A DNA stretch of 24,000 nucleotides from positions 99,342 to 123,341 of the forward strand of contig MPPA01000052.1 in the NCBI GenBank assembly GCA_001896725.1, given 5' to 3'. The notes under the pieces are model-generated. The model was not told the origin of the DNA. It made no database searches and saw only the letters and a list, made by a program, of their open reading frames with translations. The DNA comes from Methanococcoides sp. EBM-47. GTDB taxonomy: Archaea; Halobacteriota; Methanosarcinia; Methanosarcinales; Methanosarcinaceae. A program made the translations under genes and the position numbers. Shown one piece after another: positions 1 through 8,393 of this stretch (the first letter of the stretch is position 1; every line of letters begins with the position of its first letter).

Positions 1-516
1 TATCTGGTGCTTGATGTCAAGGTTACTTGTGGGTTCATCCAGCAGAAGTATACCAGTTTCCTGGGCAATGGCCCTCGCTATAATTACCCTTTGTTTCTGC
101 CCACCACTGATTTCATTATAATCTCTGAAAGCAAAATTGGAAACCCCCATCATTTCAAGAGCTTCTAATGCTTTATCAATATCTTTTTCAGTAAAATGCC
201 ATGATGAATGAGGACGCCTGCCCATAAGAACAGTATCTAAGACCGTTGAAGGAAAAGTAATGTCGGGAGATTGTGGAACATACCCCATACACTTTGCTAG
301 TTCCATACGATTCATCTTCTTCATATCAACTCCATTGAGTTTCATATCCCCTTCAGGATGAAGTATTCTATCTACACACTTAATAAGAGTTGATTTACCT
401 GCACCATTGGGACCTATTACCCCCACTATCTCACCTGGATCTAACTCCATATCAATATCCTCCAGAACAGGACTGCTCGTATAATCAAATCTTAGACCCT
501 GCACTACGAGTTTCAT
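1..516 (-). CDS. ABC transporter ATP-binding subunit (FecE/BtuD-type iron-chelate/corrinoid importer); C-terminus cut by window edge
   Basis: Not in the ORF track because it runs off the left edge. My minus-strand translation from ATG (516-514) reads MKLVVQGLRFDYTSSPVLEDIDMELDPGEIVGVIGPNGAGKSTLIK... It has Walker A GPNGAGKST, ABC signature ISGGQKQRV and Walker B LLLDEPTSNLD. It stays in frame to base 1 with no stop. It lies 34 nt downstream of the permease on the same strand. Confidence 0.9.
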   Translation of the reverse strand, partial: MKLVVQGLRFDYTSSPVLEDIDMELDPGEIVGVIGPNGAGKSTLIKCVDRILHPEGDMKLNGVDMKKMNRMELAKCMGYVPQSPDITFPSTVLDTVLMGRRPHSSWHFTEKDIDKALEALEMMGVSNFAFRDYNEISGGQKQRVIIARAIAQETGILLLDEPTSNLDIKHQI

Positions 517-550
517 TTAATACACCAACCAAAAGTTGAGATTAATATTT

Positions 551-1618
551 TCACCAATAATCCCTCTTTCTTCTTATTATCAAATAAAGGAACAATGGCA
601 CACCCATAAAGGCAGTAACTATCCCTATTGGAATAATTATGGGCTTCATAACTGTTATTGCAATCATATCTGCAACAGAAAGGAGAACGCCACCCAGTAA
701 AGCCGATACGGGAAATACAAATCTATTATCTCCACCAATAAACATTCGAGTCATATGAGGAGCCACAAGTCCTATAAACCCAATTGTGCCCGTAAAACAA
801 ACTATACTTGCTGTGACCAAAGACGCAAGCACCATTAAAACAACCCTGATCCTCATTACTTCTAGACCCAGACTTTTTGCAGTGTCGTCGCCCGCAATGA
901 TTATGTTCAGGTCACGTGCTTTCCACATAATAAAAGGTGTTGTTATTGTAACCACTATAGCTGTAGATATAACCTTTTCCCAGTTAGCATATGACAAACT
1001 TCCAATTAGCCAAAAAGTTACCTCTTTTGCAGCTTCATCGCTAGCAAAATATTGCAATAGAGCTACACTTGCTGAAAATAGATACATTAATGCTATTCCT
1101 GCAAGGAGCATAGATTCGGGTGTTGTACCTTTTTTGCTTGATAAAATAAGAATGAACGCGGAAGACATAAGAGCTCCCAAAAAAGCGTTCCCAATAATAA
1201 GATACTCTCCTCCGACGAAGCCAGCACCTAAGGTGATTGCAACTGCAGCTCCAAACCCAGCACCTGAAGAAACACCAAGTGTATAAGGTGAAGCAAGGGG
1301 GTTTCGCAGAATCCCTTGCATTACCGCGCCAGCAATACCAAGTCCTATGCCTGCTAGAATTCCTAAGCATATTCTAGGCAATCTGATGCCCCATACAACC
1401 TTTTCAGCAGTGGCATTCACCTCAAACGAGTTTGGAAAAAAATGATTTAATATAACATAATAGACTTCCTTTATCGTAAAATCAATAACTCCAATCGTAG
1501 ATGCAAAACCGATTATGCCAATAAGTAACAAAATAAGAGCAGATATCAAAAAAACTTTTCTTTTTATTGTTTGTTTATACTGCTTCTTGATGAAGCAGTT
1601 CGCATTTTCATTTTTCAA
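551..1618 (-). CDS. FecCD-family ABC permease (BtuC/FepD-like)
   Basis: 355-aa polytopic ORF with FecCD-like stretches GVSSGAGFGAAVAITLGAG and GTIGFIGLVAPHMTRM. The ORF start codon is TTG (1618-1616), with GGAG 8 nt upstream on the minus strand. There is no in-frame ATG before the first TM helix. Confidence 0.9.
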   Translation of the reverse strand: MKNENANCFIKKQYKQTIKRKVFLISALILLLIGIIGFASTIGVIDFTIKEVYYVILNHFFPNSFEVNATAEKVVWGIRLPRICLGILAGIGLGIAGAVMQGILRNPLASPYTLGVSSGAGFGAAVAITLGAGFVGGEYLIIGNAFLGALMSSAFILILSSKKGTTPESMLLAGIALMYLFSASVALLQYFASDEAAKEVTFWLIGSLSYANWEKVISTAIVVTITTPFIMWKARDLNIIIAGDDTAKSLGLEVMRIRVVLMVLASLVTASIVCFTGTIGFIGLVAPHMTRMFIGGDNRFVFPVSALLGGVLLSVADMIAITVMKPIIIPIGIVTAFMGVPLFLYLIIRRKRDYW

Positions 1619-1660
1619 GGATTGACTCCACTTTTAATTTTTGGGCATCTGATACTCATG

Positions 1661-1699
1661 TAAAAATAAAAGAGGTTTTGTCGTCATTTGAGCGACAAA
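1661..1699 (-). terminator. Intercistronic hairpin plus T-rich run between the binding-protein and permease genes (possible partial terminator or mRNA-stabilising 3' hairpin)
   Basis: 7-bp inverted repeat, tttgtcg (1677-1683) and cgacaaa (1693-1699), with a 9-nt loop. On the minus strand it is followed by acctcttttattttta. It sits in the 94-nt gap between the SBP stop (1713) and the permease start (1618). Confidence 0.35.
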
Positions 1700-1712
1700 T
1701 ACCCCATGTTTT

Positions 1713-2939
1713 TCAATTCCATCTTTCAAATACATCAAAATCATCCAGCATCTGGGAATATAAATTGTCTACTCCGTAGAACTTCTTATAAATTTCATTC
1801 CCTTCTGCTTCCACGTCCAAAGATAGGAAATTGTCAGGGTACATCAATTTAGCCATGCAATACGAGTCTACTATTTCAATTGCAGGATCCATACCGTTTG
1901 AAGAGCCTCTTACATAGTGCACCGAAGAAGTATTTATAGCTGAAACCTCTGAAAGCACAGTATCATCGGTAACTGCATCTTTAGTAAGTGATTGGCCAAT
2001 CTGATAATATCTAATGAATATTACGTCTGGATCCCAAGCAATTATCTGCTCTTTATTAACGGTTGCTGAACCCCAGCTAGTAGGTAGACCTGCAGCAACA
2101 TTGTTACCACCTGCTACATCCAGCGAATAGTATTCAGGTGCACATTTGGTGATATCGTTGTTTCCACCAGTTGCAATGTAGGCGTCCAGTTTGTCTTCAA
2201 GTGGAATTGAAGATGTAACAGATGTTAAGGTATTTAGTTTACCACTTGCGTAATCAATCAGATCTTCTGCTCTCTCTTCTTCATTGAGAATCAGACCAGC
2301 AAGTCTCCATACTTCATATGTACCAGCATAATCGGTAAAATTCAAACCAAAAGTTGCACCTAGAGCAACTACTGGAACACCAGTACTATCTTGGAGATCA
2401 GCTGCCTCACTTGCAGCAGAATAGAACACAACATCTGGTTCCACTGCTATAACAGCCTCGGGATTAGCTCCTGTGCCTGAACTAAGGGAGGGAAGAGTTC
2501 TAAGATCCGGATATGCTCGCGTCACAATAAGTCCGTCATCATCTATAATACTTTGATAAACGCCTACAACTTTGTCTGCAGCACCAAGTGAAGCTACTAT
2601 CCTTACCGAGGGAGTGGAGCAAAGCGCGACTCTCTCAACTGGCCTGTAGAGCGTAACATTCCTATTGTAATGATCAGTAATTGTAAGGGGTTTTCCATCC
2701 CATTGAATGTATATACATGCAGCATCACCTACATCATCGAGTGTGTTCTCTCCCCTATCAAGCATGTAATTGCAAATTACATCTGATAGTTCTGCTTCAG
2801 TAATGATATTATCTCCATTCAAATCACATGGCAGTTTGTTTTCATAAACAGCCGCTGCTGGTGAGCTGGTAACAGTAAGAATCGATGAAACTACAAATAA
2901 AAAGAAAATCGACTTTACAAAAAGAACTCTAGGATCCAT
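1713..2939 (-). CDS. Secreted ABC substrate-binding protein (Peripla_BP_2 / FecB-BtuF type) with an N-terminal dockerin/EF-hand-like Ca loop
   Basis: The ORF track starts at TTG 2945. I prefer ATG 2939-2937 because a perfect AGGTGAT lies 5 nt upstream on the minus strand. The protein has a hydrophobic signal peptide (VLFVKSIFFLFVVSSILTVTSSPAAA). The loop CDLNGDNIITEAELSD follows, then binding-protein-like segments (RVALCSTPSVRIVASLGAADKVVGV, EPDVVFY, WDPDVIFI). Confidence 0.8.
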   Translation of the reverse strand: MDPRVLFVKSIFFLFVVSSILTVTSSPAAAVYENKLPCDLNGDNIITEAELSDVICNYMLDRGENTLDDVGDAACIYIQWDGKPLTITDHYNRNVTLYRPVERVALCSTPSVRIVASLGAADKVVGVYQSIIDDDGLIVTRAYPDLRTLPSLSSGTGANPEAVIAVEPDVVFYSAASEAADLQDSTGVPVVALGATFGLNFTDYAGTYEVWRLAGLILNEEERAEDLIDYASGKLNTLTSVTSSIPLEDKLDAYIATGGNNDITKCAPEYYSLDVAGGNNVAAGLPTSWGSATVNKEQIIAWDPDVIFIRYYQIGQSLTKDAVTDDTVLSEVSAINTSSVHYVRGSSNGMDPAIEIVDSYCMAKLMYPDNFLSLDVEAEGNEIYKKFYGVDNLYSQMLDDFDVFERWN

Positions 2940-2941
2940 GT

Positions 2942-3763
2942 TCAATCACCTTTCCTTCTGGCAAAGGCCAAGGTTACCAATACAATTGAAAGACAAGCAA
3001 CAAGCAAACCAAAGCCTGGAATTGTGTTAGAGGATGGTTCAACTTCTTTAATGTCGAGATCATCAACAACAACATCTGTTTTTTCAACAGGATGGTTTAA
3101 GCTCAATTCGGTATCGATTTCTTCATTTGACTGATTATCTATACCATTCGTTGTAATTGGTTCAGTAGCATTTGTGTTAGTAGCATTTGTGTTTTCCTCA
3201 ACCACAGGGGAACTTTCTTGCAATGTTCGGTACGACCTACCTGATCCACTAGATTTCCCTGAGCTACCTGAATTTGAACTGCTGGATTCTTTCACTACAT
3301 TAATAGCAATATCACCTGTAACATCTTTCCAGCGCTCTTTGGACTCGTCAAGTTTCATATCTTGATACAATAAATCCACCCATCTTCCTGAAAATGTATA
3401 AATTGTATTTGTAGAAGAAGATATCAGCTTATAATGAATTTTGTTTACTTCTATCGCTGAAAAAGCAATGCTCCCATTGTTCCTGTCAACGATAAAAGCA
3501 CAGGATGAAGTAATATCTTCATCATTAGAGGGAAATGTAAAACCTTCAGGTATAGTTTCTAATATGCCTACAATATTGGGGCCCTGTCCAGCAATGTCCA
3601 ACGTTACCACAAATTCTGTATTTGCATATACTGAATCTGGAAGTGTGCGTACCACACTACCTATTTCCGAATTTCCCGCTGACACTGGAACAGCCAATAA
3701 AACAGTAATCAGTATTAGCAAAAAAGAAGTAAATGCTCTATAATGGATTTTCATTGATTTCAT
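2942..3763 (-). CDS. Secreted surface protein with PGF-CTERM archaeosortase sorting signal
   Basis: N-terminal signal peptide (FTSFLLILITVLLAVPVSAG). It has an N-domain of about 120 aa and a Ser/Asn/Thr-rich linker carrying N-x-T sequons. The C-terminus PGFGLLVACLSIVLVTLAFARRKGD is the PGF motif plus TM helix plus basic tail. AAGGTG lies upstream of the ATG (3763-3761). Confidence 0.75.
   Translation of the reverse strand: MKSMKIHYRAFTSFLLILITVLLAVPVSAGNSEIGSVVRTLPDSVYANTEFVVTLDIAGQGPNIVGILETIPEGFTFPSNDEDITSSCAFIVDRNNGSIAFSAIEVNKIHYKLISSSTNTIYTFSGRWVDLLYQDMKLDESKERWKDVTGDIAINVVKESSSSNSGSSGKSSGSGRSYRTLQESSPVVEENTNATNTNATEPITTNGIDNQSNEEIDTELSLNHPVEKTDVVVDDLDIKEVEPSSNTIPGFGLLVACLSIVLVTLAFARRKGD
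3164..3193 (-). repeat. Perfect 15-bp tandem duplication inside the linker of the PGF-CTERM gene
   Basis: agtagcatttgtgtt occurs at 3164-3178 and again at 3179-3193 on the plus strand. On the minus strand it encodes NTNAT NTNAT. Confidence 0.95.
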
Positions 3764-3825
3764 ATCACACCTTATATAAACTGAGTTTATTTATTATTGT
3801 TAAAGTTCAATATGATACATAATTG

Positions 3826-3845
3826 AATTAGTATATAAGCTAATT
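3826..3845 (-). promoter_or_regulatory. Candidate promoter/operator of the ABC operon: 6-bp inverted arms bracketing a TATA-like core
   Basis: AATTAG (3826-3831), tatataag, then CTAATT (3840-3845). The minus strand reads aattagCTTATATActaatt, 63-82 nt upstream of the ATG at 3763. AGCTAAT recurs at 3858-3864 inside the 8-bp palindrome TTAGCTAA (3857-3864). Confidence 0.35.
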
Positions 3846-4021
3846 GGATTATATTTTTAGCTAATATAATAAGACATATAACTAAAACTTTGATAATTAT
3901 AATAAAACTAAATCCATATATGATGTTCTTTCTATTGCAGTAATAATTATCTTTTTTTAGAATGTTATAAATTTATTTCATGCTCTCTAAGAAAAATATA
4001 CTCATTTAATTTTATATCATA

Positions 4022-4041
4022 ATAAAATAAAATAAAATAAA
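4022..4041. repeat. Pentanucleotide microsatellite (ATAAA)x4
   Basis: ataaaataaaataaaataaa is read directly from the sequence, inside the 568-bp AT-rich intergenic region. Confidence 0.9.
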
Positions 4042-4269
4042 ATATAAAAAATGTTCTTATCTCCTGTGACATATTATATAGACTCTGCTTATATCACTAG
4101 ACGAAGATTACAAATGAAAATTGCTGTCTGAAATAATAAATATTTTCAATTCATGAACATTGAAGCAAATTCTTTCAAATAAAGACATTATGCCCTATAA
4201 AGATCAGTCACTGCTTAAAAATAGTTCTCCTGAGTAGGTTCGCCTCAAGCAACGTGACATATGGTGTTA

Positions 4270-4329
4270 AAAATGGAAAAGATAAAAAAACAATTTTGGA
4301 TATTTACAGCCTGGGCATATCTAAAAAAA
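4270..4329 (-). terminator. Oligo-T archaeal-type terminator region downstream of the TPR gene
   Basis: On the minus strand a T7 run (4329-4323) begins 2 nt after the TAA stop (4334-4332). A second T7 run (4290-4284) and further T4-T5 runs follow. Confidence 0.5.
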
Positions 4330-4331
4330 CT

Positions 4332-6962
4332 TTATACCTCACCATTTCTAAGCTTTCTGACGCTGTCGTACATCCACTTAGCATCATCCAGCCTGCCCAT
4401 GCGCTCCAGCACAGTGCCCAGATTCTCCATGGTAATAGCAGCATATTCATTGCATGAGGTATCATCTGGATCCATACCTGCAATATCCATAAACATCTGC
4501 AAAGCTGATTCGTACATATGCTTCGCATCTCCCGGTCTGTCCATGTTTGCAAAGAGCGTACCCATATTGTCCAGAGTGCAGGCGGCATGCACCATGTGCT
4601 CCGTGTTATCAGGTTCCTGATCAAGCAGATAATTACAGACCCTCAAAGATTCCTCAAGCATCTGTTTTGCTTCCTCTTTCCTCCCCATCCGGGCAAGCAG
4701 TGTCCCCATATTGTTCATGGCCACAGCAGCCTTTCCTGCATGTTTATATGAAGGCTCAAGCTGATAAAGCAATTCATATTTATCAAGTGCCTCATTGAAC
4801 ATCTCATAAGCATCCTGCCTTCTGTCCAGACTTGCGAGCAGGGAAGCCTGATGGGCCAGAGAAGTAGCAAGGTCTTCCACAAGCCCCGCGTCCTGAGGAT
4901 CAAGCTCGCACATCCGGGAATAACTCAGAGTCATTTTCTCCAGACATTGCAGTTCCTTTTCTTTGTCACCAATAGCAGGCAAGAGGTCAGTAAGCTCCTT
5001 GAGGACAGCATATATACTTTGAAGATGGTGTTTATTGCCTGCCATGTTCATTAGAACTAAATAATCGTCAAGGGCCTGACAATACCTTTGCCTGGCCTCA
5101 TCCTCATGACCAGAATCAAGCAACACTTTGCCCATTTCCCTTTCTATGGATGCAAGGTTAAGCCAGTGTCCTGAGTTCTCGTGTTCTATTTCCGCAAGCA
5201 GAGCGTATCCTTCAATAAGGAATTCCATGTCTTTCAGGATATTGCCTGAACGTTTGTTCAGATGCATATCAGTTTCAAGTTTTTCCAATGCATCTGATGC
5301 TTTATTGATCACTCCTTTTCTTGATCTATCCGCAGAATATATCTCCAAATAGAGATCAAACGCCTGCTCATATCTTCCTTTATCAAGCGCCATATCAGCT
5401 AATCTTTCCTGCGTATCCATAATGCTCTCAACATGTACCATCTGTTCAGGTACAAGGCTTGCTTCTTTGCGGCCTTCGTCCATCCTGTAGACATTTTCAA
5501 GTTCTTCAGCATTCGTAGTACCAGAAATGTTCGTTTCTATGATATCCAATTGATCAGCAATTTCTGAAGAATAGTTGTCCGTATCGTTCAGCTGCTTATA
5601 GAAATCTACAGCTTCGATAGGTTTTCCAGCAGCAAGTTCCTTTTTTCCTGCATCTGCTTGTAGGAGTCCAAGACCCTCCATGATTTTTGCCTTGCAGACC
5701 TGGCCTTCTGTAGTGATTCCAAAAGAGCTGAGCTTGCTGTGCAGTCCAAGGAGCTGTTCAAATATTGCCAGGCTCTCATGATCCTTCTTTGCAGACAAAC
5801 TCTCACATATTTGGATTAAAGAAGAGTAGAACAGGTCAATGACCTGCATATCTTTTTCCACGGTGGGAGATGATATAAGTCCTATAGCCTTTTTCAGATG
5901 TTCAAGACCTTCAGACACTCGGTCCTGTGAAACAAGCAGTTTCGAGAGGTTTAATTGTACAGATACGAGCATTGAAATATATTTAATTTGTTCATGTGAA
6001 ACCTGCACATCTTTTAGAACGCCCAGTGCCTCTTCATATCTGCTTATGGCCTCATCATACTTGTGCATTCCTTCCAACAGATCTGCCATAAAAACCAAGG
6101 CTGAAGCTCTTTCCATTACCATATTCTCATTTTCCGGTCCAAGCGCTGCAAGCTCACCATACATCTGCGCCAGTGAAGCGTAACTTTTCAAAGCATCTTC
6201 TTTTCTATCCAGAGATACAGACAAATGAGCAGTTCTGCTAAGGACTAAAGCAACCCTTGATCGGTAAAGCTCTGTCATGTGACCCTGATCAAGCAGAGAG
6301 GAATAGATATTAAGAACAGCTTCAAGCTTTTCTTTTGCCTGCTCAAGTTCCCCGCTTTCGATCAAAAGATTAGCAAGGTTTTCCAGCACCATGGACCTTT
6401 TTTCAAGGCAAAGAGTATAATTATCTGCAGGACAACGATCGTCCTCCAGCATTGTCAGAGCTCGTTCGAACTTCCATTGTGCTTCATCCCTCTGCCCCAT
6501 ATCCGCAAGCAAAGCACCCAGGTTGTTCAGAGTAGAGATCATGTTGGAACGTATCTGCACATTCTTTGGGTACTCCCTGCGAAGTTCCCGGAAAAGTATG
6601 ACAGCCTTCTCGTAATTTGCCTTACCCTCTTCTTTTTTGCCTTTATCCACTAGCATAGAAGCAAATTTGCTGAGAGTATTGGCTAATTGCTCTTTGAAAG
6701 ATGGATCGACTTCAACGTGCTTTTCTAGCTTTGCGACTGCAAGGGAATATTGCTCAAAGGATTTGTCCTCATTATCCATGATCTCCAACAGTTCTCCAAA
6801 GTTCTGCATGACCGCTGCTAAGAGAGCCGGAAAAGCAGCTTCCCAAGAATGCTCTTCTGCCTTCTTAAAATTTTCAAGTGCTTCTGCATAAAGACCCTTT
6901 TCCTTGAAAGATATACCTTTATTGAGGTATCTTATTGCCATATCCCTTTCTCTGCTTGACAT
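4332..6962 (-). CDS. Large tetratricopeptide-repeat (TPR) protein
   Basis: 876-aa ORF with an ATG start. It shows many repeats of the ~34-aa TPR pattern, for example NNMGTLLARMGRKEEAKQMLEESL, DNMGTLFANMDRPGDAKHMYESAL, ENLGTVLERMGRLDDAKWMYDS and NNLGALLADMGQRDEAQWKFERAL. I recognise no other domain, signal peptide or TM segment. Confidence 0.85.
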   Translation of the reverse strand: MSSRERDMAIRYLNKGISFKEKGLYAEALENFKKAEEHSWEAAFPALLAAVMQNFGELLEIMDNEDKSFEQYSLAVAKLEKHVEVDPSFKEQLANTLSKFASMLVDKGKKEEGKANYEKAVILFRELRREYPKNVQIRSNMISTLNNLGALLADMGQRDEAQWKFERALTMLEDDRCPADNYTLCLEKRSMVLENLANLLIESGELEQAKEKLEAVLNIYSSLLDQGHMTELYRSRVALVLSRTAHLSVSLDRKEDALKSYASLAQMYGELAALGPENENMVMERASALVFMADLLEGMHKYDEAISRYEEALGVLKDVQVSHEQIKYISMLVSVQLNLSKLLVSQDRVSEGLEHLKKAIGLISSPTVEKDMQVIDLFYSSLIQICESLSAKKDHESLAIFEQLLGLHSKLSSFGITTEGQVCKAKIMEGLGLLQADAGKKELAAGKPIEAVDFYKQLNDTDNYSSEIADQLDIIETNISGTTNAEELENVYRMDEGRKEASLVPEQMVHVESIMDTQERLADMALDKGRYEQAFDLYLEIYSADRSRKGVINKASDALEKLETDMHLNKRSGNILKDMEFLIEGYALLAEIEHENSGHWLNLASIEREMGKVLLDSGHEDEARQRYCQALDDYLVLMNMAGNKHHLQSIYAVLKELTDLLPAIGDKEKELQCLEKMTLSYSRMCELDPQDAGLVEDLATSLAHQASLLASLDRRQDAYEMFNEALDKYELLYQLEPSYKHAGKAAVAMNNMGTLLARMGRKEEAKQMLEESLRVCNYLLDQEPDNTEHMVHAACTLDNMGTLFANMDRPGDAKHMYESALQMFMDIAGMDPDDTSCNEYAAITMENLGTVLERMGRLDDAKWMYDSVRKLRNGEV

Positions 6963-7334
6963 AATCGATTCTTTTACCCTTTATCTGTTATAAAACCAGG
7001 TTCATACTATAAGTATCCTGTTGAATGTGATGTGAAAAGGTCCAATATTCACATTTTTATGATGGGTTTTCCCTAAATATATGTAACTCGTGGAGAGATT
7101 TATATAGTATTTTTAGTATATTATTGCATAGTTACATAATATGAGGAGAGGAAAAACGTGAACAAAAACTGTTCTGCCAATACTGATCGGATACTGAGGT
7201 CATATAGGAATTACACTGAGGATTCTGTTTTAATTTTCCGGGTCAAGATGCTTAAAGCCAATTCACATTAAGTTAACGATGAGCGAACTACAAAAAAGTG
7301 TTAGAGAGGTGTTATCATTCAAATAATATCAGAT

Positions 7335-8195
7335 ATGCATATGCATACTATCTACTCGGACGGAGACCTGCATCCCTCTGAGTTGGTCACAAAAGCAAGG
7401 GATGTTGGATTAAAGGCTATTAGTGTCACTGACCATGATACTGTGGATGGGCTTGAGTCTGTTGAACGTGAATGCAAGAAAATGGGATTACATTTCATCC
7501 CCGGCATAGAGTTCACAACCTGCTTCAGTCCCCTCGGGATCGAAGTACATGTGCTTGGATATGGCTTTGATAAAGATGATGCCAACTTGCAAAAGAAGCT
7601 TGAGACCACAAAAAAACGTGCATGGAAGTATGCTGACGAAATGGTGGACCTACTTTCTTCACATGACTGGCTTGTAGATTATTCGCGCCTTGAAGCGGCA
7701 AAAGGCATTATCACAAAGCATGACATTGCACTCGCCGTTGTCAACAGGGACATGTCTACTTATGAGTTCCATGATCTTTGGCTCACTGAGAGATCTAAGT
7801 ACTTCATAGATGTGAAGAAGTTTCAGATAGAAGAGATCATTGATACCATTCACAAAGCAGGAGGTAAAGCTGTCGGAGCACATCTGATCCGCACCCTGGA
7901 CCAATACAACAGTTTGCCGTTACTTGCTGATGTTGTGGACTATTTTGTAAGATGTGGAATGGACGGTTTTGAAGTATTCTATGGGAAAAGTAACTGGCAA
8001 CAAGTTAAGTCTATGCTGGACCTGTGCCGGACATATGGCTTGATCATGACAGGGGGATCTGATTACCATGGACCTGGAAGGGTTGGCAGATGTCCATTAG
8101 GAAGCTATAACACATACAATTTTAATCATGACGAAAAAAAGCTTCTAGACATACTGTCCAGATCACCGATACCTGCATCTGGATCAATTGTATAA
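7335..8195 (+). CDS. PHP-domain metal-dependent phosphoesterase (TrpH/YciV-like)
   Basis: N-terminal HMHTIYSDG, then ISVTDHDTVDG, GIEF, a central insertion, and a C-terminal GGSDYHG. This is the classic PHP His/Asp pattern. An in-frame TAG at 7302 prevents upstream extension. Confidence 0.85.
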   Translation: MHMHTIYSDGDLHPSELVTKARDVGLKAISVTDHDTVDGLESVERECKKMGLHFIPGIEFTTCFSPLGIEVHVLGYGFDKDDANLQKKLETTKKRAWKYADEMVDLLSSHDWLVDYSRLEAAKGIITKHDIALAVVNRDMSTYEFHDLWLTERSKYFIDVKKFQIEEIIDTIHKAGGKAVGAHLIRTLDQYNSLPLLADVVDYFVRCGMDGFEVFYGKSNWQQVKSMLDLCRTYGLIMTGGSDYHGPGRVGRCPLGSYNTYNFNHDEKKLLDILSRSPIPASGSIV

Positions 8196-8393
8196 AAAGA
8201 CATACCATTATATGAACATTACCTACTTACCTATCTACTACACTTGTAACTGTTCAGATCTTATTCGTTCAATGCCATCGATCAGACTGAAAAATATATC
8301 TGAGAGGCCGGGATCCGATCTAGAGGGACCTGCTTTAGAAAAACAGTATTAATATACATGTATGAGAATCGGCTATGAATAAGAGATGATAAC

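Noticed and set aside
786-1286. 166-aa plus-strand ORF (and the 109-aa minus-strand ORF at 1041-1370) inside the permease gene
   Set aside because: Both lie entirely within the well-supported FecCD permease, either antisense or out of frame. Their composition is typical of shadow ORFs, and they have no motifs or Shine-Dalgarno.
2937-2945. TTGA start/stop overlap between the PGF-CTERM gene and the SBP implied by the ORF track (TTG start at 2945)
   Set aside because: The ATG at 2939, 5 nt downstream of a perfect AGGTGAT, is a better start. Coupling still holds, with a 2-nt spacer.
4254-6891. Numerous 60-125-aa ORFs on both strands overlapping the TPR gene
   Set aside because: All are nested in the 876-aa TPR ORF, whose repeat structure explains the region. 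The shadow ORFs have Ser/Cys/Leu-rich nonsense-like composition.
7141-7230. Possible C/D-box sRNA (ATGAGGA ... CTGA ... CTGA ... CTGA)
   Set aside because: There is no canonical RUGAUGA C box. The spacing between the C-like and first D-like box (~35 nt) is far from the ~12-nt guide spacing of archaeal C/D sRNAs, and there are no terminal complementary ends.
7023-7268. TCACATT motif three times (7023-7029 inverted, 7049-7055, 7262-7268) in the TPR/PHP divergent region
   Set aside because: It is an AT-rich 7-mer with irregular spacing, and chance occurrence is plausible. I could not strengthen it without comparative data.
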